NCBI GenBank assembly: GCA_024641305.1
Contig: JAHEDI010000004.1
Coordinates: forward strand, 2,126-66,125
Length of the DNA: 64,000 nucleotides
Reading direction: 5' to 3'
From: a bacterium
GTDB taxonomy: Bacteria > Actinomycetota > Acidimicrobiia > Spongiisociales > JAENVV01
How positions within the stretch are numbered: the stretch's first letter is position 1; each line of letters opens with the position of its first letter. Below, one piece after another: positions 10,045-20,206 of the stretch. Both the position numbers and the translations under genes were made by a program. The notes under the pieces were generated by a model. It made no database searches. It was not told where the DNA came from and saw nothing but the letters and a program-made list of their open reading frames with translations.

Positions 10045-11976
10045 CTACGCGACGCCGAATCGAGGAGTACGGCACCGGAGGAAGGCCGACTCACCCTTTC
10101 CGACCAGGCAAGGTACCCGGCCGTCTGGCTGCTGGCGGAGCGGATCGATCAGGTTGGTTGTCACAAAGGAGAGTGGAACAAACGTGGCCGAGGCGGCCGA
10201 GGCGGGGGTGCCAGGATCGATACACAACGAGAGTGAACCATCGTTGTTTTTCGCGAGATAGCTACCCGCCGGGATGGCCGAACCATTGTACGTGTCGACG
10301 ATAGTGCCAGGGCCCACGATCCCGGTTACCGGCGTAGGGACCGCCCGACAGTCTTCGGCCGGAACCGCCCCCAACACCACGTTGCCGAATCCGAACGTGT
10401 TGTCCTTGCCCTTGGGGCCAAGGTCCAACGAATAGTCCTCGAGCCCTTTCACGACCCGATCGGGCGTCCAGTTCGGGGCTGCGTGCATGATAAGGGCGGC
10501 GAGACCGGAGATATGCGGAGCCGAGGCCGACGTTCCGATGAACCCATCACAAGCTCCCGCCGTTCCACCGAAGGCACGGGTAATCACTCCGTCAGCCGAC
10601 ACAAAGTCCGGTTTGATCCGACCATCGATCGTCGGGCCCAGCGAAGAGAAGTACTCGATCTGGTTGTTGGCGAAACAGGCGGCCCCCACTGCCACCGTGT
10701 GAGGCGAGAAAGCCGGGTCGGCGATCGATCCGGTGGCTACCTGGTATTCAATGGGACCCCTGTGTCCAAACACCAAGAGATCCAACTCACCTGGGTTGGT
10801 TACCGAATACGCTCGGACCTCAATAAACACTGTCTTATCCGACCCTGTCGTATTCGTCCAGATAACTTGCTCGCCGGGAAAATCACCGGGGGGAGACGCC
10901 TGGTCGCGGAAGCCGTCGCTTCCATAGTTCAGAGGCTCAGTTCCCGTGAGATCCCACAGGTATAGGTCGAGGTCCTCCGTAGTTTTCGGCCAGTTATCCC
11001 ACTTCAAGAAGACGCTCAAGGTACCGCCGCTAGGAACGACCGCTGATAGGTCAAAGTCCGGCGAACCAGACGAGTTGGTGCCGAAGCGTTGCAGCGTGAT
11101 GTTGCTGTTGGGTGGCGTGTACGGTTTCCACGCGCCTTTCCAATGGTCCTGTGTGTAGTTCCCGGCAGCAGCCACCCAAAGAATGCCGGCCTCGTCGGCG
11201 CGCCTCGCCGCGTTTGAGGCGCTGGGGGCCTGGGCCGTCCCGTCCCCCCGATCAGACAAGAACCAGGCACCGGAATGGTTGATGATGTCGATCCCTTGCG
11301 CGATCGCGTAATCCACAAACGCTTCCAGGTCGAACTCATCATCGACACACACCAGATAGATCTGAGCGGCGGGAGCAATGTCATAGATGATCTCTGCCAC
11401 GGCGGTCCCGTGGGCTCCCCCGCTTTCCAGCGGGTTGGAACAATAATTCTTCGTGATGGCATTCCCGGGAAGGTCCCCCGACGTGACTGCTTCGAGACGC
11501 CCTGCGAAACCAAAGTCGACGACGGCAACCTTCGCCCCGATCCCGGTCAGGCCAAGCGCGTGCCAGGTGTTGGCGCCCGTGGTACCGACGCCCTGGGACT
11601 GTACAGCTAGCGGAGCGGGAGGGATCATCTGGCGGACTGACGCAATCCCGGGCGCCCGCTCCAGGCCCCGAAGGGCCGCGAGCGGCATTTCCACCTTGAA
11701 TGACTCGCCTTCACTGGCCAGCACCCGTCCACCGGCGTTGCCTACCGACTGGCGAGCAGCGGTTTCCCGACCGGTGTAGTCGACCCGGACGGTCACATTG
11801 CCCGCATTGGACCTGGCAGCCTCGGCCAGCGATCCACCGACCCCGTCGAAAGAGTCACGGTTGACCTCGATGGGAACGGATCGCTCGGGTTCGCCCTGAG
11901 CAACGGCCGGACTGCTCAGCAACGACCCGACGACCACGATGGCGAGCGACGTTGACCATATCCTGCGTCCGGGCAT
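10045..11976 (-). CDS. Secreted S8 (subtilisin-like) serine peptidase with insert in the catalytic domain
   Basis: Signal peptide; VAVVDFGF (D), HGTAVA (H), AAGN, GTSASAP (S); SD GGGAG. Confidence 0.9.
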   Translation of the reverse strand: MPGRRIWSTSLAIVVVGSLLSSPAVAQGEPERSVPIEVNRDSFDGVGGSLAEAARSNAGNVTVRVDYTGRETAARQSVGNAGGRVLASEGESFKVEMPLAALRGLERAPGIASVRQMIPPAPLAVQSQGVGTTGANTWHALGLTGIGAKVAVVDFGFAGRLEAVTSGDLPGNAITKNYCSNPLESGGAHGTAVAEIIYDIAPAAQIYLVCVDDEFDLEAFVDYAIAQGIDIINHSGAWFLSDRGDGTAQAPSASNAARRADEAGILWVAAAGNYTQDHWKGAWKPYTPPNSNITLQRFGTNSSGSPDFDLSAVVPSGGTLSVFLKWDNWPKTTEDLDLYLWDLTGTEPLNYGSDGFRDQASPPGDFPGEQVIWTNTTGSDKTVFIEVRAYSVTNPGELDLLVFGHRGPIEYQVATGSIADPAFSPHTVAVGAACFANNQIEYFSSLGPTIDGRIKPDFVSADGVITRAFGGTAGACDGFIGTSASAPHISGLAALIMHAAPNWTPDRVVKGLEDYSLDLGPKGKDNTFGFGNVVLGAVPAEDCRAVPTPVTGIVGPGTIVDTYNGSAIPAGSYLAKNNDGSLSLCIDPGTPASAASATFVPLSFVTTNLIDPLRQQPDGRVPCLVGKGESAFLRCRTPRFGVA

Positions 11977-12084
11977 CGCCTACTCCCTGGGTGTGCGAAC
12001 CAACATAGTAAATCGCCGTGGCCGCTAACCGGAGTCGCTTCCGAGCATCACCGACCAGGACCGCAGACCGGTCCGATTGTTCCG

Positions 12085-12433
12085 TGGAGGTGGGGGGAGT
12101 CGAACCCCCGTCCGTTGCACCATCTGCGCCGCTTCTCCGAGCGCAGCCAACAGCAAGCATTCGGACCAGTGGGGCTCTGATGGCAAGTTTCCCTCTGACC
12201 TATCCGGAATTGTCTTAGCCCCTCAGTCCCGGAATCCCTCGGGGAGCGTCCTACATTGCGACGTCTGGATCCGGCGAGGTAGGTACCCTCCGGTCAGACG
12301 AGCAGCCTATTTAGGCTGCCAGGGCGAAGTTATCTTCGGCACCTATTGGTGTTCCGGTTCTTTAACGAGGACTCCGGAGACCTCGGCTCGCTTCAAGCGC
12401 TTCAACATGCAACGTCGAAACCGTTTCACCCCC
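12085..12433 (-). ncRNA. ssrA: tmRNA (CCA not encoded)
   Basis: 5' GGGGGTGAAACGGTTTCGAC; 3' GGGGGTTCGACTCCCCCCACCTCCA T-arm/acceptor; tag ORF 12340-12311 = AEDNFALAA*; near smpB. Confidence 0.97.
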
Positions 12434-12449
12434 ATATAGGGATACGGCG

Positions 12450-12478
12450 AGTATAGGCACCACGGCCGATAATCGGCC
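12450..12478 (-). promoter_or_regulatory. ssrA promoter (-10 TATACT) with palindrome GGCCGAT-A-ATCGGCC over the -35 region
   Basis: TATACT at 12455-12450; inverted repeat 12464-12478. Confidence 0.55.
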
Positions 12479-12497
12479 ATCGGATAACCGGACCCGG

Positions 12498-13055
12498 TCA
12501 GGCAACCGCTACAGAATCCGAGCCGGCCATGGCGGGGGCGAGAACTCGCAATGCGGCATCGACCACGTGGGGGTCGAATTGGGTGCCTGTGTGGGCGGTC
12601 AATTCATAGAAGGCCACCGGCATGGGTTGGGCCACCTGATAAACCCGATCGGAGATCATGGCGTCAACCGCGTCTGCAACGGCAATGATGCGGGCCATTC
12701 GGGGAATCCGGTCGCCTGCCAGCCCGAATGGGTAGCCGAGTCCGTCGACCCGCTCATGGTGACACAAGACGGCTCTGGCAATCTCGGGAGCCACCAGACC
12801 ATCCAGAATGAGGAATCCCAGCTCGGGGTGTTTCTGAACCTGGGTCTGTTCCTGCTCGGTCAGCGGCCGAGGAAGATTGAGAATCGAATCGGGGACCTTC
12901 ACCTTGCCAACGTCATGGAGGTGCGCAGCCATCCAGACAGTCCGCTGTTGGATGGTCCCAAAACCCAACTCAGCTGAGATCTCGACCGCCAGTGCGGCGG
13001 TCCGCGCACTGTGGCCGGCAAGATCCTCAGACAGTTGTGGGAAGCTGTAGGTCAT
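12498..13055 (-). CDS. Stand-alone HD-GYP phosphodiesterase
   Basis: HS, HLHDVGK, HPELG, HHERVDGLGYP, ADAVDAM..R.Y. Confidence 0.92.
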   Translation of the reverse strand: MTYSFPQLSEDLAGHSARTAALAVEISAELGFGTIQQRTVWMAAHLHDVGKVKVPDSILNLPRPLTEQEQTQVQKHPELGFLILDGLVAPEIARAVLCHHERVDGLGYPFGLAGDRIPRMARIIAVADAVDAMISDRVYQVAQPMPVAFYELTAHTGTQFDPHVVDAALRVLAPAMAGSDSVAVA

Positions 13056-13087
13056 ACGGGATCACAGTCGCGGTGACCCGGCAATCG

Positions 13088-13555
13088 TTACATGTTTTTT
13101 GTCGACCGTCCGGTCGATCGTTGAATCTCCCGTTTTTGGTCTTTTTCTTTCAACGCCTGTCGCTTGTCATACGCCCGGCGGCCCTTGCCGAGGGCGACTT
13201 CGATCTTGGCCCGTCCGTCGAGGAAGTAAATCGACAAAGGAACGGCGGTAACCCCTTGTTCGGCGATCGCCGCGGCGATCTTGTCTATCTCTCGGCGGTT
13301 CAGGAGGAGCTTGCGCCGGCGATCGGGGGCGTGACCGCCTTCGTGGGCGAACGAGTACGGAGCGATATAGGCGTTGAGGAGAAAGGCCTCTCCCCGATCA
13401 ATGATGACGAAGGCGTCCTGGAGGTTGGCGGTCTTGGCCCGCAGGCTCTTCACTTCGGACCCGACCAGCACCATTCCTGCTTCGAACGTGTCGACGATGG
13501 AATAGTCGTGGCGAGCTTTCCGGTTCTGGGTAACGATCACCCGTTCTTGGCTCAT
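13088..13555 (-). CDS. smpB: SsrA-binding protein
   Basis: NRKARHDY, EAG.VL.GSEVKSLR, RKLLL, YDKRQ. Confidence 0.98.
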   Translation of the reverse strand: MSQERVIVTQNRKARHDYSIVDTFEAGMVLVGSEVKSLRAKTANLQDAFVIIDRGEAFLLNAYIAPYSFAHEGGHAPDRRRKLLLNRREIDKIAAAIAEQGVTAVPLSIYFLDGRAKIEVALGKGRRAYDKRQALKEKDQKREIQRSTGRSTKNM

Positions 13556-14742
13556 CCGTTCAGATAGTTCATCGGGTTGACCGGAGTGCCGTACTCACGA
13601 GTCTCAAAATGTAAATGTGGACCCGTCGAATAGCCCGTTGAACCGACATACCCAATGGTCGATCCAGCCGACACACTGCTCCCAGCCGATACGTTGAGCG
13701 AGCTTTGGTGGGCGTAGAGCGTGGTGAGACCGCCCCCATGGTCGATGATGACCGTCTTGCCGTACCCGCCGTACCAGTCTGCCCAGATCACCGTGCCAGA
13801 ACCGGCGGCAGCAATCGGGGTTCCGGAGCCACCGCTGATGTCAAGGCCGGTATGTAGCTTGCGAACGCCACTAATCGGATGAATCCGGTACCCAAACCCG
13901 GAAGAGACCGACCCGTTGATGGGCCAGCTCAGCCGTCCCGGATTCGATCCGCCGGTGCTGGTCAACCGATTGAGGTCGGCCTGGAGCTTGGCTTGTTCGG
14001 CCTCAAAGGCAGCAATCTCGCCCTCGATCTCAGCGATCTCAGCTTCGATCGACGCGAGAATTCGGCCCGCCTCTCTTACCTCTTGATCGACGATGGCGGC
14101 GGCGGCGGCCAGAGCGATCTTGTCATCCTCGAGAGCCGCTCGCTTGATCTCGAGGCCCGCCAGCAGAACTTCGACCGTGCGCTGATTCTCTTCGATGGCA
14201 GTTTGTTGGTTTTGCTCGGTGCGCTCGAGGATTTCGAGGGTGTTCAACAACCGCTCCGAAGAGTCGAATACGTCATCGGAATACCGCATCGCCACCGACA
14301 TCGAAGCCATATCGTCAACATTGACGACTACCGATGATCCGATTGACGAAGCCCTCTGCATGTACAGCTCCGCAGCTCGATCCTGGAACGTGAGCCGGGC
14401 TTCTCGAATTTGGAGACGGGTGTTGGCTACTTCGATCGCGAGCCGATCGAGCCGAAGATTCAGCTCATCAAGCTGAGCTTCGTTGTCGGCGATCTCTGCC
14501 GTGACTGCATCGACCTTGGCCTGAGCTTCGGCAACCGCGGCCCTGGCCACCCGCAGGCGCCCCTGGGCGGCCTCCAACTCGACGAGTTGAGCCGACCGCT
14601 GACTGGCGATCCCCTTCGACTGGTCTTTGAGCACGTCGATCTTTCGATCAATCTCATCGATATCACTCTGAGATTGGGCGCCGGCGGTCACTGCGCCGGC
14701 CATGACCGCCAGCAAAACGATGAGCGCTACGAATGATTTCAT
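13552..14742 (-). CDS. Coiled-coil + M23 peptidase (FtsEX-associated peptidoglycan hydrolase)
   Basis: Signal peptide, long coiled coil, HTGLD, GPHLH with Zn ligands intact. Confidence 0.93.
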   Translation of the reverse strand: MKSFVALIVLLAVMAGAVTAGAQSQSDIDEIDRKIDVLKDQSKGIASQRSAQLVELEAAQGRLRVARAAVAEAQAKVDAVTAEIADNEAQLDELNLRLDRLAIEVANTRLQIREARLTFQDRAAELYMQRASSIGSSVVVNVDDMASMSVAMRYSDDVFDSSERLLNTLEILERTEQNQQTAIEENQRTVEVLLAGLEIKRAALEDDKIALAAAAAIVDQEVREAGRILASIEAEIAEIEGEIAAFEAEQAKLQADLNRLTSTGGSNPGRLSWPINGSVSSGFGYRIHPISGVRKLHTGLDISGGSGTPIAAAGSGTVIWADWYGGYGKTVIIDHGGGLTTLYAHQSSLNVSAGSSVSAGSTIGYVGSTGYSTGPHLHFETREYGTPVNPMNYLNG

Positions 14743-14745
14743 GCA

Positions 14746-15627
14746 TTACACCTTGAGGAACTTCCGGAGTCCAAGTGCCGATCCACCGACACCGGCGACG
14801 GCACCAAACGCCAGGAACAGTATTGACCATTTCACAAAAAAGCCAGACGAGATGGTGAAATCGAACAGGCTGATGGCCGCGTCAACATCGCCGACTACCC
14901 GACTGGCAATCCAGACCCCAAAAACGGCCAGTCCGGCGCCTGCCATCCCCTCGATCATCCCCTCGATGAGGAAGGGGATGCGAATGAACCAGTTGGAAGC
15001 CCCGACCAGCCTCATAATCGAGACCTCTTCCCGACGGGCATAGATAGCCATCCGAATCGTATTCGAGATGAGAACAACTGCGGCAATTCCCTGAATAAGC
15101 GCCAGCCCGAAACCCAGCCAGTTGAGAACCCGGGATAGCTGAGCGACGTTTTCGATGGACTCCCCCGGCGCCACCACTTCCAACACCGCCGGTTGATCGA
15201 TCAGGTTGAACACGACTTCGCGATACCGGGTGCTGTCTGTCAGCCGGATCCGAATTGAAGCGGGCAGCACATCAGGATCGATGTTGTCCGCCACGGGCGA
15301 ATTCGGAAACAGTTTCTTGAATTCCTCAAAGGCTCCGAGCTTGTCGACGTACTCGGTCGACTCGACGAGGTCCCAGCCGTCGATCTCCGAACGGAGGGCC
15401 ACCTGCGAGTCAAGCGTGATGCCGTCGCGAGCATCCTTGAGAAAGACGATGACATGCGTACCGTCCTGCCATTGCTGGGTATTGGTTCGGACTAGCTCCT
15501 GGATCGACAACGCTCCGAACGCCAGGAATAGTGACACGAACACCGCCAGGACCGCGCCCGAGACCACCAGGGGATTGCGGCGCATGTTGACGAGAGACTC
15601 TTCGAGCAAAAACCCGATCCGGCTCAT
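14746..15627 (-). CDS. ftsX: Cell division permease FtsX
   Basis: LISNTIR..IYARREEV.IMRLVGA..FIR.PF.IEG. Confidence 0.95.
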   Translation of the reverse strand: MSRIGFLLEESLVNMRRNPLVVSGAVLAVFVSLFLAFGALSIQELVRTNTQQWQDGTHVIVFLKDARDGITLDSQVALRSEIDGWDLVESTEYVDKLGAFEEFKKLFPNSPVADNIDPDVLPASIRIRLTDSTRYREVVFNLIDQPAVLEVVAPGESIENVAQLSRVLNWLGFGLALIQGIAAVVLISNTIRMAIYARREEVSIMRLVGASNWFIRIPFLIEGMIEGMAGAGLAVFGVWIASRVVGDVDAAISLFDFTISSGFFVKWSILFLAFGAVAGVGGSALGLRKFLKV

Positions 15628-16319
15628 TCGACCGATTCCTCTTGCTCGTATCGCCCACTCGCCTGATCGCGGACCACTTGGCCTGCTTCGAGACCGACCA
15701 CCCGACGTCGCATGGCATCGACGATGGCGTGGTCATGAGTTGCCATGACGATGGTGGTCCCCGTGCGATTGATCCGGTCGAGCAAGCGCATGATGCCGAC
15801 CGAGGTGGCCGGGTCAAGGTTCCCGGTGGGCTCGTCGCACAGCAAGATAGGCGGCCGATTCACGAACGCCCTCGCAATCGACACTCGTTGCTGTTCACCA
15901 CCGGAGAGTTGGCGGGGAAGGCGCTCGGATTTGCCGGTGAGACCAACCAGGTCGATCACCTGCTCGACTTGCCGGTGAATGACGGCTTTCGGTCGACCCA
16001 GGACCTCAAGCGCGAAAGCAATATTCTGGGCGACAGTCTTGTTCGGAAGGAGCTTGTAGTCCTGGAAAACGGTTCCGACCGTCCGGCGGAGATACGGCAC
16101 CTTCCACGAAGGCATCGCCGTTATGTCCTTGCCGGCTACCCAGATGGTCCCCGTCGTAACTTCCTCTTCGCGCAGGAGCATCCGAATCAGGGTCGACTTG
16201 CCCGACCCGGACGCGCCGACGAGGAACAAGAACTCGCCTTTGGCGACATTCAAAGAAACATTGCTACACGCTACGGTGCCACCGTCGTAGACCTTGGTGA
16301 CATCCTCGAGTTTGATCAT
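15624..16319 (-). CDS. ftsE: Cell division ATPase FtsE
   Basis: GASGSGKST, VFQDYKLL, LSGGEQQR, DEPTGNLD, ATHD. Confidence 0.96.
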   Translation of the reverse strand: MIKLEDVTKVYDGGTVACSNVSLNVAKGEFLFLVGASGSGKSTLIRMLLREEEVTTGTIWVAGKDITAMPSWKVPYLRRTVGTVFQDYKLLPNKTVAQNIAFALEVLGRPKAVIHRQVEQVIDLVGLTGKSERLPRQLSGGEQQRVSIARAFVNRPPILLCDEPTGNLDPATSVGIMRLLDRINRTGTTIVMATHDHAIVDAMRRRVVGLEAGQVVRDQASGRYEQEESVE

Positions 16320-16401
16320 GGGTACCTCTGAACGCGAGCTATCCGCAGGGCTGCGGGGTCATCCAAACGACAGGTTACCAAGGGGTCTGCTCCTACTTGA
16401 A

Positions 16402-17524
16402 TCAATCGGACTCGATCTCATGGTTGGCCCGCCGCCACATAAGGTAGCCCTCAATGAACTCGTCGAGGTCGCCGTCGAGAACGCCGGTGACATTGCCGAC
16501 CTCGGTTCCGGTCCGCATATCCTTCACCATCTGATACGGCTGCATGACGTACGAGCGAATCTGGTGTCCCCAAGCCGCTTCAGTTTGTTCGCCTCGTATC
16601 CCGTCAATGTGGTCCAGCCGATCTTGCCTGGCCTTGTCTGCGAGGCGCACCTGGAGCAGTTTCATGGCGCGAGCCCGGTTCTGAATCTGAGACCGCTCCG
16701 CCTGGGAACCCACCACGATCCCGGTCGGGAGATGGGTGATCCGAACCGCCGAATCCGACGTGTTGACATGCTGACCTCCGGCTCCCGATGACCGGAACGT
16801 GTCGACGCGTAAGTCGTCGGAGTTGATTTCGATCTCCTCAGCTTCGGCGACCTCCGGAATGACATCGACAGCCGCAAACGAAGTGTGGCGTCGAGCAGCC
16901 GAATCAAACGGTGAAATCCGCACGAGTCTGTGAACCCCTTTCTCGCCAACCATCCAGCCGTAACTGTGATCACCCGTGACCGTAAACGAGGCGGACTTGA
17001 TTCCAGCCTCTTCGCCGCGTTGAACTTCTTCGAGGGTTACCTGGAATCCGGCCTTCTCAAGATGCCGCAAGTACATGCGCAGAAGGATCTCCGCCCAGTC
17101 CTGGGCATCGACTCCCCCGGCACCCGCATGAACACTGACGATGGCTTCATAGTCGTCATACTCGTCATAGAACAGCGATTCCATCTCGAGCTTGCGCAGT
17201 TCGATATCGACCGACTTCAGATCGCGCTCGACGTCGGCAAGCACCGCCAGATCAGATTCTTCGGCCGCCATGTCAAGGATCATTCCGGCTTCCTCAAGAG
17301 CGGCCACCAGTTTGTCTTGCTGCGTGAAAATCTGCTCATACCTGGCGAGACGTTTGGTCACCTCCCGGGCTGCGTTGGGATCATCCCAAAACCCGGGCGT
17401 ACCAATCTGCTCGTTGAGATCGGCTACTTCATCTTTCTTATTGTCGAGGTCAAAGGAACCTCCTGGCGTCGGCGAGCCGCGATCTCAATTCGTCGATCAG
17501 GGCGCGCAATTCTGTTTCAGTCAC
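16402..17524 (-). CDS. prfB: Peptide chain release factor 2 (programmed +1 frameshift, about 373 aa)
   Basis: GTG 17524 gives 24 codons to CTT-TGA; the +1 frame continues DLDNKKDE...GFWDDP; SPF and GGQ motifs. Confidence 0.96.
17449..17464 (-). other. prfB +1 ribosomal frameshift signal AGGAGG-TTC-CTT-TGA-C
   Basis: Internal SD, 3-nt spacer and CTT TGA C shift site, read directly. Confidence 0.95.
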
Positions 17525-17536
17525 CGTGAGACACTC

Positions 17537-20161
17537 CTATTCGGCCGCGCCATGGCATCGCTTGTACTTCTTGCCCGAACCGCAAAAGCAAGGTTCGTTG
17601 CGACCCATCCGATCCTCGGCCGTGGCCTGCTTGGGCTTTGACGGCCCAGCGTTGGTCGATATCGCTTGAACCCGCTGCACCGGCTGAGCAGGCTGATCGA
17701 CAACCTCGACGTGAAAAAGGTACCGAACCGCGTCGCGCTTCACCGAGTCAACCAGCCCCGAAAACAGGTTAAACGCTTCGTTCTGATACTCGACGAGCGG
17801 ATCGCGCTGGCCCATCGCACGCAGCCCGATGCCAGCTCGCAGGTAATCCATCTCGCTGAGATGTTCGCGCCACTTGTTGTCAATGATCGACAAGGTCACC
17901 CGCTTCTCGATCGCCCGGAGCACCGGTTCGCCTAACTCCGATTCGCGGGCGTCATAGACGCCATGGGCGTCCTCCATCACCAGGTCAACGATTTTCTCGA
18001 CAGACTTGATGCCTTCAAAAGCCTCAGCTCCCAGGCGCATCGGATACAACACGGTGAGCTCCCGTTGAAGTTCCTCGAGATCCCACTGACCGGCCGGGAC
18101 CATTTCAAGTCCGACCCGAACCGTGTCTTCAACCACGGTGTCGATCCATTCTCTGGCCAGGTCGGCCGAATCTTCCCCAAGCAGGAGGTTCTGGCGCCAG
18201 GAGTAAATAACCTCCCGCTGCCGGTTCATAACTTCGTCGTATTTGAGCACATTCTTACGGGCTTCGAAGTTTTGTGCCTCGACCTGACCCTGCGCCCGCT
18301 CGACCGACTTCGAAACCATCTTCGCCTCGATCGGAACGTCTTCTGGCAATTTGAGACGGTCCATGATGCTCGTCACACGGTCCCCGGCAAAGCGCCGCAT
18401 GAGATCGTCTCCAAGCGACAAGTAGAACCGCGACTCCCCCGGATCTCCCTGGCGACCCGACCGGCCTCGCAACTGGTTGTCGATTCGACGAGAGTCGTGG
18501 CGCTCAGTACCTATGACATAGAGTCCACCGGCCGCCAGGACTTCGGCCTTGGCGGCCGAAGTCTCCGCTTTGTACTTCTTGAGTGCTTTCTCGTACGCGT
18601 CGTCAAAGCCGTCGTCGGTTGGGTTCAACCCTGTTTTGCGGACGGCGGACAAGGCGAGTCCTTCCGGGTTGCCTCCGAGCATGATGTCAACACCACGACC
18701 TGCCATGTTCGTAGCTACGGTGACCGCACCCGGTCGCCCCGCCTGAGCGATGATCTCCGCTTCACGGTGATGCTGCTTGGCGTTGAGGACCTCATGATCG
18801 ATCCCACGACGACTGAGAAAGTTCGAAAGTCGTTCAGACTTCTCAATACTCACGGTGCCGACCAGAACCGGTTGATTTTTGCTGTTCCGCTCGACAATGT
18901 CATCGATCAGCGCATGGAACTTGGCGTCCTCGGTCTTGTAGACCAAATCCTCTTTATCAATACGGGCCACCGGCACATTGGTGGGGATCACCACGACATC
19001 GACGTCATAGATCTCTTTGAGTTCGGCTTCTTCCGTTTTGGCCGTACCCGTCATACCAGACAGCTTGTCGTACATGCGGAAGTAGTTCTGGAGGGTGATC
19101 GTGGCGAGCGTCTGGTTCTCCTGTTTGATCTCTACGCCCTCTTGCGCCTCGATCGCCTGATGCAGGCCCTCCGAATAGCGCCGACCATCGAGGACCCGGC
19201 CGGTGAATTCGTCAACGATCTTCACCTCACCATCGACGACCAGATACTCGACGTCGCGGTGATAAAGCGTCTTTGCCTTGAGGCCGACGTCGAGGTGGTG
19301 CACAAAGTCGACTGCAGCATGGTCGTACATATTTTCGATTCCGAGCATTGACTCGACCCTCGATACGCCGGCCTCGGTGGTTATGACCTGGCGCTTGCCC
19401 TCGTCGACCTCGTAGTGCTCGTCTTCGCGTAGTTGACTGACAATCTTGGCAAAGTCCCGATACCACTTGGCACTATCGCCGACCACGCCGGAGATGATGA
19501 GCGGGGTTCGGGCTTCATCGACGAGGATCGAGTCAACCTCGTCGACAATCGCATAGAAGTACCCTCGGTGAACCATGCCCTCGGACCGCATCGCCATGTT
19601 GTCGCGCAGATAATCGAACCCGAATTCGTTGTTCGTCCCGTGTGTGATGTTGGCGCTGTAGGCGACCCGACGTTCTGCCGGGGTCATGTCCGACTGGATA
19701 AGTCCGACGTCAAGACCCATGAACCGGTGGACCTGACCCATCCACTCTGCGTCGCGGGCGGCCAGGTATTCGTTCACGGTGATTACGTGAACATTGCCAC
19801 CGGTGAGCGCGTTCAGATACGCAGGCATGGTGCTTACAAGCGTCTTACCTTCACCAGTGCGCATCTCGATGATCATGCCTTGGTGGAGCGCGGCTGCCCC
19901 GACCACTTGCACGTCGAACGGCCGCATTCCGAGAACTCGCTTGGCTGCCTCGCGCACCGACGCGAAAGCCTCCGCGGCAAGGTCATCAAGCGACGCTCCC
20001 CTATCGAGACGTTCCTTGAACTCGTTGGTCTTCGCTTGAAGGTCCACGTCCGACAGGAGTTCCATGGACGGTTCGAGTTGGCCCACTTCTTGAGCGAAGA
20101 CTTCCAGCTCTTTGAGGGCGCGTCCTTCTCCGGCGCGCAGAAGCTTTGAAAGAATGGTCAT
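17537..20161 (-). CDS. secA: Preprotein translocase ATPase SecA
   Basis: [46 protein letters not shown] motif [19 protein letters not shown]. Confidence 0.99.
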   Translation of the reverse strand: MTILSKLLRAGEGRALKELEVFAQEVGQLEPSMELLSDVDLQAKTNEFKERLDRGASLDDLAAEAFASVREAAKRVLGMRPFDVQVVGAAALHQGMIIEMRTGEGKTLVSTMPAYLNALTGGNVHVITVNEYLAARDAEWMGQVHRFMGLDVGLIQSDMTPAERRVAYSANITHGTNNEFGFDYLRDNMAMRSEGMVHRGYFYAIVDEVDSILVDEARTPLIISGVVGDSAKWYRDFAKIVSQLREDEHYEVDEGKRQVITTEAGVSRVESMLGIENMYDHAAVDFVHHLDVGLKAKTLYHRDVEYLVVDGEVKIVDEFTGRVLDGRRYSEGLHQAIEAQEGVEIKQENQTLATITLQNYFRMYDKLSGMTGTAKTEEAELKEIYDVDVVVIPTNVPVARIDKEDLVYKTEDAKFHALIDDIVERNSKNQPVLVGTVSIEKSERLSNFLSRRGIDHEVLNAKQHHREAEIIAQAGRPGAVTVATNMAGRGVDIMLGGNPEGLALSAVRKTGLNPTDDGFDDAYEKALKKYKAETSAAKAEVLAAGGLYVIGTERHDSRRIDNQLRGRSGRQGDPGESRFYLSLGDDLMRRFAGDRVTSIMDRLKLPEDVPIEAKMVSKSVERAQGQVEAQNFEARKNVLKYDEVMNRQREVIYSWRQNLLLGEDSADLAREWIDTVVEDTVRVGLEMVPAGQWDLEELQRELTVLYPMRLGAEAFEGIKSVEKIVDLVMEDAHGVYDARESELGEPVLRAIEKRVTLSIIDNKWREHLSEMDYLRAGIGLRAMGQRDPLVEYQNEAFNLFSGLVDSVKRDAVRYLFHVEVVDQPAQPVQRVQAISTNAGPSKPKQATAEDRMGRNEPCFCGSGKKYKRCHGAAE

Positions 20162-20206
20162 GCAACCATATTAGGAGGGAACCGGTGTTCAACTGTCGTT
20201 CTTATG

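Noticed and set aside
9964-12084. Genomic island integrated at ssrA
   Set aside because: No integrase, no duplicated ssrA 3' end and no evident composition shift
12085-12113. Possible tRNA gene (GGTTCGACTCC T-loop)
   Set aside because: It is the tRNA-like 3' domain of tmRNA; no anticodon arm, and a tag ORF is present
13099-13124. Hairpin TCGACCG-GA-CGGTCGA as an smpB terminator
   Set aside because: It lies inside the CDS, has a 2-nt loop and is followed by an A-run rather than a U-run on the coding strand
16402-17524. prfB as a pseudogene
   Set aside because: The interruption is the canonical programmed frameshift
17963-19351. 462-aa plus-strand ORF and many similar long antisense ORFs (e.g. 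39096-40238, 61050-62270)
   Set aside because: Shadow frames opposite well-supported genes in high-GC DNA; no recognisable motifs
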